This document shows, piece after piece, positions 38,383 through 49,097 of a DNA stretch of 64,000 nt. The translations under genes were made by a program, and so were the position numbers. The notes beneath the pieces are model-generated. The model saw nothing but the letters and a program-made list of their open reading frames with translations. It was not told where the DNA came from and made no database searches. Every line of letters begins with the position of its first letter. Position 1 is the first letter of the stretch. The stretch is from a bacterium (GTDB lineage: Bacteria; Zhuqueibacterota; Zhuqueibacteria; Oceanimicrobiales; Oceanimicrobiaceae), in the NCBI GenBank assembly GCA_046757025.1, contig JBHHXN010000005.1:25989-89988 (forward strand). Direction: 5' to 3'.

Positions 38383-39957
38383 ATGGAAAATATGATTTTA
38401 ACTCTGATAACATTTCTTCCAATTGTAGGCGTTCTGTTCATTCTATTTGTACCCAAAGATAATAAACAGGTTGTCCGGATCATTGCGGCGGTGTTTACCG
38501 GACTGCAGTTGGTGCTCGCTATCTGGATTTTCATGAACTTCGATCGCAGCACCGCAAATTTCCAGTTTACTGAACAGTACAAATGGATACCATCTTTTAA
38601 TATCGAATACTTTATGGGCATCGACGGGCTGAGCGTGCCCATGGTTTTGCTCACGGCTTTTTTGTCGTTCATTTGCATTTTTGCCTCCTGGGGCATTGAG
38701 AAAGGCGTCAAAGGCTATTTTGCCATGTTTTTGCTGCTGGATACCGGCATGATGGGGGTTTTCTGCGCTCTGGATTTCTTTTTGTTTTACATTTTCTGGG
38801 AAGTCATGCTGCTGCCCATGTACTTTCTCATCGGTATCTGGGGTAGCCCTTCCCGCAGGGATGAAGACGGTATGGTACGCGGCGGTCCGTATGCTGCGAT
38901 TAAATTCTTTCTTTACACCCTGTTCGGCAGCGTACTGATGTTGTTAGCCATGCTGGTGTTCTATTTCAACGTTAAGGACCCGGTATCCGGCGGCCACACT
39001 TTCAATATGCTGCACATCATGAATCAGGCCAACCACGGCGGCGTGCTTACAAATTTCGATATGAGATTGGTTCTGTATGTGGCCCTGTTCATCGGTTTTG
39101 CTATTAAGGTACCGGTTTTTCCCTTTCACACGTGGCTGCCGGACGCGCACGTGGAAGCGCCCACGGCCATCAGCGTAATATTAGCCGGGGTACTTTTAAA
39201 AATGGGTACGTACGGCATGCTGCGCATCAGTTTTCCCATGCTGCCAGATGCCATGAAATATGAATATTTTGCTTACGGTATGGCCATACTGGGGCTCATC
39301 AACATCCTCTACGGCGCATTTTGTGCCATGGCTCAAAAAGACCTGAAAAAGTTGGTGGCCTATTCGAGTATCAGTCACATGGGCATTGTGCTTTTAGGCA
39401 TGTCCGGTTTAACCTCGCTGGGCATGAACGGCGCCGTGATGCAGATGTTCAACCACGGTACCGGCACCGCCATGCTCTTTCTTCTGGTGGGCGTGATTTA
39501 CGACCGAGCACACCACCGACAGATCGATGGTTTTGGAGGGCTGGCTGTTCGTATGCCCATTTACGCAGCCGTGGTCAGTTTGGCCTTTTTTGCAGGGCTG
39601 GGTCTGCCGGGACTTTCAAGCTTTATCAGCGAAGTCTTTTCGTTTCTGGGTGCGTTTGGCTCCACCATGTTTAATTTGAAAGCCATCACGGTGATTTCCA
39701 CCATCGGAATTATATTGACCGCAGGCTACTTTCTGTGGACGTTTCAGCGCATGTTTTTAGGCGAATTGAATCCTAAATACGCAGACTTGCCAGAAATAAA
39801 CGGGCGGGAATTATTTACGCTTATTCCAATCGGAATCCTTATCATTATTTTGGGCGTGTATCCGGCGCCGTTGTTGAGTTTGATTAAAGTATCCTTGAAC
39901 AATTTAGTGGACATTGTGGTGACAACGGGAACGCCAACATTGTTGGGTTTACAATAA
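38383..39957 (+). CDS. nuoM: Complex I membrane subunit M
   Basis: GIDGLS, FWE.ML.PMYFLIG.WG, KVPVFPFHTWLPDAHVEAPT, AYSSISHMG. Confidence 0.97.
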   Translation: MENMILTLITFLPIVGVLFILFVPKDNKQVVRIIAAVFTGLQLVLAIWIFMNFDRSTANFQFTEQYKWIPSFNIEYFMGIDGLSVPMVLLTAFLSFICIFASWGIEKGVKGYFAMFLLLDTGMMGVFCALDFFLFYIFWEVMLLPMYFLIGIWGSPSRRDEDGMVRGGPYAAIKFFLYTLFGSVLMLLAMLVFYFNVKDPVSGGHTFNMLHIMNQANHGGVLTNFDMRLVLYVALFIGFAIKVPVFPFHTWLPDAHVEAPTAISVILAGVLLKMGTYGMLRISFPMLPDAMKYEYFAYGMAILGLINILYGAFCAMAQKDLKKLVAYSSISHMGIVLLGMSGLTSLGMNGAVMQMFNHGTGTAMLFLLVGVIYDRAHHRQIDGFGGLAVRMPIYAAVVSLAFFAGLGLPGLSSFISEVFSFLGAFGSTMFNLKAITVISTIGIILTAGYFLWTFQRMFLGELNPKYADLPEINGRELFTLIPIGILIIILGVYPAPLLSLIKVSLNNLVDIVVTTGTPTLLGLQ

Positions 39958-39968
39958 CGATAAAAAAA

Positions 39969-41486
39969 ATGGATTATTCAGCGACTCTACAAAATAACCT
40001 CAACAGCTTAAGTTATTTTATTCCGGAGCTTATTCTTACCGGAGTAATCATTACCATCATCATCGCAGATTTGGCTCTGCAAAAAAAATACAAGCCCTGG
40101 ACTTCCATCATCGCTCTGGCGGGACTGGTTATAGCTTTTATTGCGGTGCTTGGGCAGTATAAATTGGGAAGCCGAACGATTTTCAACGATATGATGGTGG
40201 TGGATCCGTTTGCGCTGTTTTTCAAGCTGCTGTTTCTAGGCTCAGCGCTGCTGGCGGTGTTTCTTTCCATCGGCTCCATTGAATTGTCCGGTCGCCCCAT
40301 CGGGGAATATTTCACCTTGCTGGTCGCCACAACTCTGGGGATGTTTTTTATGGCCTCCGCTACCAATCTGTTGACCATTTTTATATCAATTGAAATGGTC
40401 AGCGTCACCTCATTTATTCTGGCGAATTATTTGAAAACCCGCCGACGGTCCAGTGAAGCGGGATTAAAATACGCCATTTATGGTGCCTTCTCTTCTGGTT
40501 TGATGTTGTACGGTATCTCCTTGATTTACGGCATCACCGGCACGCTGAACATAAATGAAATCGCCAGTGTGCTGAACGCGACCAATCCGGATAAGTTGCT
40601 CCTATTCGTTTCCGTGCTGCTGATCATGGCCGGTTTTGGTTACAAAATTGCTTCGGTGCCTTTCCACTTCTGGGCGCCGGACGTGTATGAAGGCGCGCCC
40701 ACGCCCATTACCGCGTTTTTCTCAGTGGGGCCAAAAGCGGCTGGCTTTGCGTTGTTGATCCGGTTTTTTAACGTAGCATTGGTCTCGCATGGCACAAATG
40801 GCGAAACCTCAGTCTGGCATGCGCTCAATGGACTGGATTGGCCACAGCTTTTAGCGGTCATTGCAGCGGCAACCATGACTCTGGGAAATTTGACCGCCAT
40901 CGTTCAAAACAATATTAAACGATTATTAGCTTATTCCAGTATTGCCCATGCCGGCTACGCACTCATGGGCGTGGTGGTGCTTTCCGAGCAAGGCATCCAT
41001 GCCACCATGTTTTACCTGGTGGTATATTATGTGATGAACATCGGCGCCTTTTTAGTGGTCATCGTAAGCCAAGAAATCGTGGGCAGCGAACGTATTGATG
41101 ATTACAAAGGTCTGGTCTGGCGTGCACCCATTCCCGCCATCGCCATGGGTGTTTTCCTGTTTTCGCTAACCGGTTTGCCGCCAACGGCGGGATTCATCGG
41201 TAAGTTTTATTTGTTTGCCGCCTTGGTCAAAGGCGGCCCGGCGTTTTATTGGTTAGCGGTTGTGGGCATCCTCAATAGCGTGATTTCGCTCTATTATTAT
41301 GCTCGAATTTTGCGAGCCATGTTTATCGATAAAAAGGAAGAAAAAGCGGTGAAAACTTTAACCGTCTCTCCATATTATGTGGCCTTGCTTGCGGTATTAG
41401 TTATTCCAACCATTTTACTTGGTGTTTACTGGGCGCCGTTAGCGAATTTTGCAAATTATTCATTTGAGTTTTTCAAAGCGTTCTAA
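39969..41486 (+). CDS. nuoN: Complex I membrane subunit N
   Basis: PELIL, SSEAGLKY, KIASVPFHFWAPDVYEGAPTP, KRLLAYSSIAHAGY, GLPPTAGFIGKF. Confidence 0.97.
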   Translation: MDYSATLQNNLNSLSYFIPELILTGVIITIIIADLALQKKYKPWTSIIALAGLVIAFIAVLGQYKLGSRTIFNDMMVVDPFALFFKLLFLGSALLAVFLSIGSIELSGRPIGEYFTLLVATTLGMFFMASATNLLTIFISIEMVSVTSFILANYLKTRRRSSEAGLKYAIYGAFSSGLMLYGISLIYGITGTLNINEIASVLNATNPDKLLLFVSVLLIMAGFGYKIASVPFHFWAPDVYEGAPTPITAFFSVGPKAAGFALLIRFFNVALVSHGTNGETSVWHALNGLDWPQLLAVIAAATMTLGNLTAIVQNNIKRLLAYSSIAHAGYALMGVVVLSEQGIHATMFYLVVYYVMNIGAFLVVIVSQEIVGSERIDDYKGLVWRAPIPAIAMGVFLFSLTGLPPTAGFIGKFYLFAALVKGGPAFYWLAVVGILNSVISLYYYARILRAMFIDKKEEKAVKTLTVSPYYVALLAVLVIPTILLGVYWAPLANFANYSFEFFKAF

Positions 41487-41587
41487 CTTGCCGTTGGAAC
41501 ATTGCTTTATGTTTAGACGTTTTTTGCATAAAGAGGGTACCTGACTTTATCCCTTCAGTTGTCAATCATTAACCTGCCGTAGTCATT

Positions 41588-43075
41588 ATGAAGAATCACA
41601 TATTGCGTTCATATAGAAATGTCATTTTAAGCTTCCTGGCCATTACCTCGGGTCTCATATTATTGGCCGGTATTAGTTCCAAAAAAACCGCTCATCGAAT
41701 CGACGTACGTATTTTTACGCCCACCAAAAAGGATTCTGTTCGTTTAAAGGTGTTCAATATCAAAATCAAAGGTAAAACCACCGCCGGCTTTGTGGACGCG
41801 GAAGTTTCAGAATCGGAATTAGAGAAGATCAGAAGAAGCGGATTTCAGGTGGCGTTGATTTCGGAGCTAAAAAAGAATACCACTATTCCGCCCTCGTACC
41901 GACCTTTAGAAGAGATCGAGCGAAAATTGCGGTACTATCAGTCAAAATATTCTGAGATTTATTCTCTGGAGAAAATAGGAAAATCCACTGCACAGAAACG
42001 TCCAATATGGGGTGTGAAAATATCCGATAACGCCGAGGTACGCGAAGATGAGCCCCGGATTTTATTTGTAGGTGTGCACCACGCCAGAGAGCCCATCGGC
42101 GCCAACATTTGCCTTGAAATAATTCGCGCGTTATGCAGCAATTATGGTAGAGATAAAAGAATTACCAGCTGGGTTAATTCCCTGGAAATTTGGCTGGTAC
42201 CGGTGGTGAATCCAGACGGTTACCAGTACGTGATGAACAGCGACTTGTCGTTTCCCTGGTGGCGAAAAAATTTGCGCGATAATGATAGAAACGGTAAATT
42301 CAATCCCCTTTACGATGGTGTGGATCTCAATCGCAATTATGAATACAACTGGAACGAAGGCGGTGACGGCAAACCGAGCAGTTGGTTTTATCGCGGCTCC
42401 AGACCGTTTTCCGAATCGGAAACGCGGGCCATTCAAGAGCTGGCCATGCGAGAAAACTTTTTGTTCGGGGTTTCTTACCACAGTTACGGCGAATCTATTT
42501 TATTCCCCTGGGGCAATTACCATCGACCACCAGATATCGAGTTGATCGTGGAGGTTGCCAGTCAAATGGCATCCCGAATCAAAAAGGAATCCGGGCACGG
42601 ACATTATGCCATTTTGCCTTTAAATGGCCGGGTGGGACAAAGCTCCATCTGGATGTACGCAGAATTGAACATCATGGATTATATTGTGGAAGTGGGAACC
42701 GAGTATTTCCCAGCAGAAAAAAATATTCCAGATATTTTAAAAGAAAATTTAAAAGGGGCCTTTTATTTATTTGATCGGGCTTTCGGCTCCGGCATCACAG
42801 GGCATGTATTTGACATGAACACGTTACAGCCACTTCTGGCGGAAGTTGAAGTCAAACAATTTGCCGCCCGATACGTTAAACCCAGGAAATCGGATGCGCA
42901 TTTCGGCGGTTTTTACCGGCTTTTGAAACCTGGAACTTTTACGCTAGAAATAAATAGCAATGGTTACAAAACCAAAATTATCAAAAATGTTCGGGTTAAA
43001 AATGGTGAAATGACTCAAATCGAAATCGGAATGCATAAAATTAAAAAAAATATCACAAACGGTATTTCAAATTAA
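41588..43075 (+). CDS. M14 family zinc carboxypeptidase with C-terminal carboxypeptidase regulatory-like domain
   Basis: HHARE, NPDG, WRKN, GVDLNRN, SYHSY motifs. Confidence 0.92.
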   Translation: MKNHILRSYRNVILSFLAITSGLILLAGISSKKTAHRIDVRIFTPTKKDSVRLKVFNIKIKGKTTAGFVDAEVSESELEKIRRSGFQVALISELKKNTTIPPSYRPLEEIERKLRYYQSKYSEIYSLEKIGKSTAQKRPIWGVKISDNAEVREDEPRILFVGVHHAREPIGANICLEIIRALCSNYGRDKRITSWVNSLEIWLVPVVNPDGYQYVMNSDLSFPWWRKNLRDNDRNGKFNPLYDGVDLNRNYEYNWNEGGDGKPSSWFYRGSRPFSESETRAIQELAMRENFLFGVSYHSYGESILFPWGNYHRPPDIELIVEVASQMASRIKKESGHGHYAILPLNGRVGQSSIWMYAELNIMDYIVEVGTEYFPAEKNIPDILKENLKGAFYLFDRAFGSGITGHVFDMNTLQPLLAEVEVKQFAARYVKPRKSDAHFGGFYRLLKPGTFTLEINSNGYKTKIIKNVRVKNGEMTQIEIGMHKIKKNITNGISN

Positions 43076-43090
43076 TGTTCCATATTTAAC

Positions 43091-43636
43091 ATGAGAAAAA
43101 ATATTTTTGCTGGTATTGTTCTCGGTGTCGTAATCGTTTGTTTTTGTATCGCCTTTGCCATTGGGGATTTTTCAAGAGGTCAAATGATTTACGTCAAATC
43201 CACCATTGAAAATCTGCGGGATGCGCCCAACGGCGATAAATTGGGGACGCTGGACAAAGGGGCAGAAATGATTGTGCTGGAAGACGCATCCAAATGGGTA
43301 AAAGTCAGGGTAGAGGGTTGGATTTGGAAAGACTCGGTAACCGATAGCAAACTGGGATTAGCCGGCGATAAGTACCGCGCGATGCAAATTATCGTCAAAG
43401 AGCTTTCCACCGCAGAGGACATTCTCAAGAGATTGAAAGCAGGGGAGGATTTCAAAGAGCTTGCCACGGCCAAATCCATCGGACCAGCGGCCAAACGCGG
43501 AGGAGATTTAGGATTTTTCAGCAAAGGCGATTTTAAACCCGAAATAGAAAACGCTATTTTGAATTTGAAGCCCGGCGAAATCAGCGACATCATCAAAAGC
43601 AACATTGGCTATCACATTTTTAAACGAATTCAATAG
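43091..43636 (+). CDS. Exported SH3-like + PpiC (parvulin) domain protein
   Basis: ENLR.APNG...WVKV..EGWIW then GEDF.ELA..S......GGDLGFF...L.PGEISD....GYHI. Confidence 0.8.
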   Translation: MRKNIFAGIVLGVVIVCFCIAFAIGDFSRGQMIYVKSTIENLRDAPNGDKLGTLDKGAEMIVLEDASKWVKVRVEGWIWKDSVTDSKLGLAGDKYRAMQIIVKELSTAEDILKRLKAGEDFKELATAKSIGPAAKRGGDLGFFSKGDFKPEIENAILNLKPGEISDIIKSNIGYHIFKRIQ

Positions 43637-43645
43637 GTTCTTTGC

Positions 43646-44887
43646 TCAAGTTTGTAATTTTTTTATCAAGCGTTTTTGCCGGTAAAGCAAGTCTTGCCGG
43701 TACTCCTGCCAGGCATTTTGTGGGTTGAAGGAAAAGAGGATTTCCAATTCTTTTAAGGCGGAATCAACCAGACTTTTGGCCTTTAAATGATCTTTTTCTT
43801 TATGCTCATAATATTTCGCCAGTTCAATATACGGCACCGGATGAAAGTTTTGCGTTCCGATACATTCGAGCCAGATTTTTGTCGCTCGGGTCCAGTTCCT
43901 CACCTTTTTATAATTGAATGCCGTACGAATAAGCAATTCCTGCCGGTCCTTTTCAGCGGGCGTATCCGCTAAAAAGCCATCCATCAGCTCGATCGACTGC
44001 TCATAAAGCGACATCTCCTCGAAGATTTTACCCAGTGAAACCACATCCTGGCGGTTTTTGGTGGCGGCCAGGGGATTCTCAAAAGTTTGCATGGCGAGGG
44101 TAGTTAATCCAACCATCGACAGAATATCTTGCTGGTTGTGATAAAATATCGGTTTCAAAGGTAACGGATCTTTGTCGCGTAAAAAGTCAAAATACATTTG
44201 TGGGATCAAATAGCCCGGCACATCACCGTCCCTTTCCACCTGCAGAAGGCATTTTTCTGCACTGCCGAGAGAGCAATCTGGCAGCAGATGTTTCCACATC
44301 CTTCGCACTGCGTGCAACAGATCCAAATGCAAAACCGCCGTCAATTGGGATTTAATCCGGTTAACCGTGTTACGGGAATGCAGAAGCGGGATATCGTAAC
44401 TTTTGCCGTTGTAGCTCACTAAGAGATCATGTTGACTGGCTAAAGTGCTCACTTCGTTTAGAATCGCTGTTTCCTCATGCAGATCATTCATAAAAAATTG
44501 TGCCAGGTGAAAGCGGTCCTCTTTGAAATAGCCCACCCCAATTAAAAAAGCATAAGTCCCGCTGCCGCCAGCCAGACCGGTGGTTTCAGTGTCGATGAAA
44601 AGCAGTTTTTTTAAGTCAACATTTTGGATTTGGTCATTTTTTCCAACCAGTGCCAGAAAGGAAGCTGAAATGTTCAGCAAAGAAGACAGCCGCAGGGCGC
44701 CGTGTTTAAAATCAAGAGAATATTGTTTCTCACAGACAAAAAAACGACCGTGAACAGACTCCCTGGTTTTACCGTTTAATGCTTGCTCAATGGATATTTT
44801 AGCCTGTGACTGAGATTCATGCCTTGGGTTAACTTCCGTTATTATTTGCAGAGACTCGATTTGGCGTAATTTGTCGACGATGTTCAT
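43646..44887 (-). CDS. RNase H-like DEDD exonuclease with TPR C-terminus (YprB/MrfB family)
   Basis: FIDTETTGLAGGSGT, SYNGKSYDIPLL, HLDLLH..RR, HNQQDILS, IELAKYYEH. Confidence 0.85.
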   Translation of the reverse strand: MNIVDKLRQIESLQIITEVNPRHESQSQAKISIEQALNGKTRESVHGRFFVCEKQYSLDFKHGALRLSSLLNISASFLALVGKNDQIQNVDLKKLLFIDTETTGLAGGSGTYAFLIGVGYFKEDRFHLAQFFMNDLHEETAILNEVSTLASQHDLLVSYNGKSYDIPLLHSRNTVNRIKSQLTAVLHLDLLHAVRRMWKHLLPDCSLGSAEKCLLQVERDGDVPGYLIPQMYFDFLRDKDPLPLKPIFYHNQQDILSMVGLTTLAMQTFENPLAATKNRQDVVSLGKIFEEMSLYEQSIELMDGFLADTPAEKDRQELLIRTAFNYKKVRNWTRATKIWLECIGTQNFHPVPYIELAKYYEHKEKDHLKAKSLVDSALKELEILFSFNPQNAWQEYRQDLLYRQKRLIKKLQT

Positions 44888-45067
44888 GTAGCTACCTGGG
44901 AAAAAAGCAAATTATTTTTAGAAGTCAATCTCCCTTGCGTTGAAAAGACTTCACAATTCGAAACATCCCTCCTGAAATCAAATTGAAAACAGGCTTTGTT
45001 AAAAAAAACTGGCCGGATCTCAAATGAGCTTGGTCAATTTATTTTGTATGATACGGTGAAAAGTATT

Positions 45068-45817
45068 TTAGCTTTTCTTGTCGCCAGAAAAAAAGTGTTT
45101 TAACATATCGATGGGTAGTGGAAACACAATGGTTGAGTTGTTTTCAGCCGCGACTTCCGTCAATGTTTGCAGGAAGCGCAGTTGAAGTGCTTGTGGGAAT
45201 TCACTTATCACCTCAGCTGCGTCTCGTAATTTTTCTGAAGCCTGAAATTCACCTTCGGCATGAATGATTTTGGCTCTTCTTTCGCGTTCCGATTCGGCCT
45301 GTCGCGCAATGGCACGCTGCATTTCTTGCGGCAAATCTACGTGCTTCACTTCCACCAGCGAAACTTTGATACCCCAGGGATCGCTATGACTGTCAATGAT
45401 CTCCTGCAGACTGGTATTGATTTTATCTCTTTCGGAAAGCATTTCATCCAGTTCAGCTCCACCGAGTACACTTCGAAGTGTGGTTTGAGCTAATTGAGAG
45501 GTCGCATACAAATAATCTTCAACTTCAATTATGGCCCGGGATGGGTCCATTACCCTGAAATACAAAACCGCGTTGACTTTCACCGACACGTTGTCTTTCG
45601 TGATAACGTCCTGTGACGGGATATCCATCGCGACCGTTCGCAAACTCACTTTGACCATACGATCAATTATTGGGATTAATACGATGAGGCCCGGTCCTTT
45701 AGACCCCACCAATCTACCTAATCGAAAAATCACGCCTCTTTCATATTCTCTCAGCACGCGAATTGCACTGGCTAACAGCATAAATGCAAAAAAAATGATG
45801 AGTCCTGCATAAGGCAT
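45068..45817 (-). CDS. Slipin / SPFH (stomatin-like) protein
   Basis: [50 protein letters not shown]. Confidence 0.95.
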   Translation of the reverse strand: MPYAGLIIFFAFMLLASAIRVLREYERGVIFRLGRLVGSKGPGLIVLIPIIDRMVKVSLRTVAMDIPSQDVITKDNVSVKVNAVLYFRVMDPSRAIIEVEDYLYATSQLAQTTLRSVLGGAELDEMLSERDKINTSLQEIIDSHSDPWGIKVSLVEVKHVDLPQEMQRAIARQAESERERRAKIIHAEGEFQASEKLRDAAEVISEFPQALQLRFLQTLTEVAAENNSTIVFPLPIDMLKHFFSGDKKS

Positions 45818-45876
45818 TTGAACACCTCCATTTGTTAATTTGAATAATGCAAAATCTTTTTGAATTAAATACCGCT

Positions 45877-47229
45877 TTATTGTATGACTTTCTCAACTTT
45901 GAGCACTAAACCATCCACCGAAACTACTCGCACCTTTTCACCCTTTTTGATGGTTTGATCGCTTATCGCTTTCCAAATTTCACCGTGAATACTGACGTTG
46001 CCTTCTGGTGCAATTTTGGAATGAGCCACGCCTTTTTCTCCCACAATTCCGGCCTTCCCCGTGGCCACTTTAGTGCGATGTGTTTTAACAGCCATACTAA
46101 AGGCAAAAATGAAGAATGCCGCGGTTAAAATGACAACGGTAATGATCAGGCTAAGAGAGATGGCCAGCACCGGTGCAAAATTATCAGGAGGTTGTTCTAT
46201 CAGCATTAATGACCCCAAAATCATTGAAATGATCCCTCCAATGGTCAATAAACCAAAACTTGTTATTTTGACTTCGAGAATAAAGAGTACAATTGCAAAA
46301 ATTATCAACAGCAATCCCGCGTAATTGATCGGTAAAGTCTGCAGGGCAAAGAACGCTAATATTAAAAAAATTACGCCGACCACGCCCGGAAAGATGGCGC
46401 CCGGGTTAGACAGTTCAAAGAAGATTCCATATATTCCGAGCATCATCAAAATATAAGCGATGTTTGGATTGGAAATTTTTTCGAGAATGCGGTAACGAAA
46501 ATTCATTTCGCGGTACAGCAGACGGGCGGCTTTCGTAGTCAGTGTCGCTTCGCCGTGGGCTACTTTCACCTTTGTGCCATCTATTTGCTGCAACAGGCTA
46601 TCGATGCTTGGGGAGATGTAGTTGATTACATTTAGTTCAAGCGCTTCCTTTTCGGTAATGGAAACACTCTCGCGAACGGCTTTTTCCGCCCACTCCACAT
46701 TGCGACCGCTCCGTTCAGCCAGGGTTTTGATCTGCGCCACCGCGTCGTTGGTGATTTTGTCGGTCATGACCGAAGAGCTGTCTGAACCGCCACCGAGGTT
46801 GACAGGATGCGCCGCGCCGATGTTGGTGCTGGGCGCCATGGCCGCGAGGTGTGCGGCGTACGCAATAAAAACCCCCGCCGAGGCGGCACGGGCGCCACTT
46901 GGTGATACATAAAGGATGATCGGGATATTGGACGCTAAAAAACTTTTGGTGATCTGCCGCGTGGATTCTAACAAACCGCCCGGCGTATCCAACTCGATGA
47001 TCAAACAAACGGCATTCTGATTTTCCGCTTTTTCAATGGACTTGACGATAAATTCGGCTGAGATGGGGGTGATGATACTTTCTACTTTTATGATGTGCAC
47101 CAGCACTCTATTTCCTTCGGCTTCTTGACCCGACAAGACTCTCAAATTGGGCGAAGCGAATACATAAAATAGACCTAGTAGGCCAAGTATTTGGCATACC
47201 AAACAAAATTTAGCCCTGCGCGTTTTCAT
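45877..47229 (-). CDS. nfeD: NfeD long form (serine protease + membrane + OB domain)
   Basis: [30 protein letters not shown]-terminal G.V.IHGEIW.A; adjacent to slipin. Confidence 0.92.
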   Translation of the reverse strand: MKTRRAKFCLVCQILGLLGLFYVFASPNLRVLSGQEAEGNRVLVHIIKVESIITPISAEFIVKSIEKAENQNAVCLIIELDTPGGLLESTRQITKSFLASNIPIILYVSPSGARAASAGVFIAYAAHLAAMAPSTNIGAAHPVNLGGGSDSSSVMTDKITNDAVAQIKTLAERSGRNVEWAEKAVRESVSITEKEALELNVINYISPSIDSLLQQIDGTKVKVAHGEATLTTKAARLLYREMNFRYRILEKISNPNIAYILMMLGIYGIFFELSNPGAIFPGVVGVIFLILAFFALQTLPINYAGLLLIIFAIVLFILEVKITSFGLLTIGGIISMILGSLMLIEQPPDNFAPVLAISLSLIITVVILTAAFFIFAFSMAVKTHRTKVATGKAGIVGEKGVAHSKIAPEGNVSIHGEIWKAISDQTIKKGEKVRVVSVDGLVLKVEKVIQ

Positions 47230-47248
47230 CGTTTTGTTCCATAAATGA

Positions 47249-47473
47249 TTACTTTTTACTCAAGAAATAATATATCAAAGATAACAGAATACTTAAAAGT
47301 ATGGATGTTGAAATGGGAAAATAAAGTGTAAAATTCTTTTTTTGAATGATGATATCTCCAGGCAGCTTACTGCCAAAAGCCAAATACTTGCCAAAAGTCA
47401 ATATCAATCCAATAATCAAAAACAGGATGCCAGCGAGAATGAATATTTTGCCAATTGCCTCCATATTAAACAT
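47249..47473 (-). CDS. DUF2905 family small membrane protein
   Basis: KLPGDIII.KKNFTLYFPI.TSILLS. Confidence 0.85.
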   Translation of the reverse strand: MFNMEAIGKIFILAGILFLIIGLILTFGKYLAFGSKLPGDIIIQKKNFTLYFPISTSILLSILLSLIYYFLSKK

Positions 47474-47488
47474 CCTGTGCTACGATTT

Positions 47489-48679
47489 TTATTTATTGGT
47501 GAGTTTACTTTCCCAGTTTAATACGTTGTATTTTTGACAAATCTCCACCACTTTATCGATGGGAATGGCTTCCACCACGTGACCGTCTCGGCCTTGAATG
47601 GTGGTCGCGCGAAACAGCGAGTTGTAGATGGCTTCCTGGGTGGCTTCAACCACCGCTAGAAACAAAGGCGAAAGGTGCCTGTTGGTAAGTTGTTCCACTT
47701 GTTGAATTTTATTCGTGGATTGCTGATTTATCAGGTTGTGGGAATAATTGGAAAACGCGATCACATAATCCCCGCTGCCGTTGGAAGAAAAGGCGCCGGT
47801 TTTCGCCAACGCCAGGTAAGCGCGTTTGGCCATTCTTTTGAGATTTCGCGATGAAACGGGGGCGTCCGTGGCGACGACGATCATACACGAACCGTCGCCG
47901 TCAGCATAGTTGATTTTATTGACATAAGAATATTTTTGCAGTTCTCTGCCTACCGGGGCGCCGTTGATTTCAAGAATTCCGCCGTAATTGGTTTGAACCA
48001 AAACGCCAACGGTGTAGGCCCCCAAATCAGGAGGTAAAATCCGGGAAGCGGTGCCAATGCCGCCTTTGAAGCCCAGACAAATGGTGCCCGTGCCCGCACC
48101 TACCGAGCCTTCTTCCACCGGGCCTGACCTGGCCGATTCAATGGCGTGGAAGACATCTTTTCTGGTCACATGCCTTCCGCGGATGTCATTGAGCCAGCCG
48201 TCGTTAGTTTCCCCCACCACGGGATTAATGGAACGGACCTGTTCGTTGTCTTTTAGCGCCAGCATGTAATCGATCACCGCGTCAGCAACCCGCGGCACAT
48301 TCAAGGTGTTCGTTAAAAGAATGGGCGTTTCGATATTGCCAAGCTCATCGACTTGTGTGCTGCCAGCTAATTTGCCAAAGCCATTCCCCGTAAAAATAGC
48401 CGCCGGTACTTTTTGTTGAAAAAGATTTCCATCATGTGGCAAAATAGCCGTCACGCCGGTTCGGATATTTTCGTTTTGAATTTTGGTGAGGTGTCCCACT
48501 TTGACATCCTTCACATCCGTGATGGCATTCCATTTACCAGGCTTTAAAATTCCTACCTGGATGCCCAGATCGCGTGCACGAGGACGATTCTTAAAATACG
48601 CATTCGCTGTGGCGCTTAATAACACGATGAAAGTATAAAATAGCAGGGGGATTAGAATGGTTGTGTTATTTTTTTTCAT
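47489..48679 (-). CDS. dmpA: P1/S58 family aminopeptidase (DmpA-like), exported
   Basis: RARDLG, NAITDV..VKVGH, TGVTAILP, NGFGKLAG, GFKGGIGTASR, G|SC autoprocessing site, NGSGD. Confidence 0.88.
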   Translation of the reverse strand: MKKNNTTILIPLLFYTFIVLLSATANAYFKNRPRARDLGIQVGILKPGKWNAITDVKDVKVGHLTKIQNENIRTGVTAILPHDGNLFQQKVPAAIFTGNGFGKLAGSTQVDELGNIETPILLTNTLNVPRVADAVIDYMLALKDNEQVRSINPVVGETNDGWLNDIRGRHVTRKDVFHAIESARSGPVEEGSVGAGTGTICLGFKGGIGTASRILPPDLGAYTVGVLVQTNYGGILEINGAPVGRELQKYSYVNKINYADGDGSCMIVVATDAPVSSRNLKRMAKRAYLALAKTGAFSSNGSGDYVIAFSNYSHNLINQQSTNKIQQVEQLTNRHLSPLFLAVVEATQEAIYNSLFRATTIQGRDGHVVEAIPIDKVVEICQKYNVLNWESKLTNK

Positions 48680-48866
48680 GTTAAATAACTGAATAACCTT
48701 TTGTTAAGTGAAAATAACAATTTGCTTTATGAAAAGCAACTATTTTTTAACTGCAAGTTTAGGTGTCAATCAAAACACTTAAATAGTTTAAAAAATAATA
48801 GATTAGGAACGATCATTATCAGCAAAAAAAATACCTGAAATTCCCTTTTTATTTCTAATATAAAGC

Positions 48867-48895
48867 TTGACTTTTAAATTCAATTTTATTAATAT
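48867..48895 (+). promoter_or_regulatory. sigma-70 promoter of the putative 6S RNA
   Basis: TTGACT-17 bp-TAATAT just upstream of the rod-shaped RNA. Confidence 0.6.
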
Positions 48896-48907
48896 TCATC
48901 AGAAAAT

Positions 48908-49097
48908 AAATCCCTGCTTTAAGTGGTGTGGAATAAAATTAAAGAGCTAACACCTTTAATATGGGAGCTTAGCTCTGAGCGTGTATTGCATGCCTCATCC
49001 CGATTCATCGGGATAGTGGACGCAAAAAGCGTTCAGGCGGCGCCCACCGTGTCGTTCGAGTTCTTTCGATGACCCCATACTAACAAAGCAGGGATTT
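48908..49097 (+). ncRNA. ssrS: 6S RNA
   Basis: ~190-nt rod: AAATCCCTGCTTT/AAAGCAGGGATTT closing stem, AAAGAGCT/AGTTCTTT stem, central bubble, TGGGAGC/GCGCCCA and CTGAGCG/CGTTCAG stems, GCATGCC, apical ATCCCGAT hairpin. Confidence 0.78.

Noticed and set aside
43646..44887. MrfB/YprB-like nuclease without a neighbouring MrfA helicase as a possible defence gene
   Set aside because: Housekeeping context and the partner may lie elsewhere; no defence-island signal
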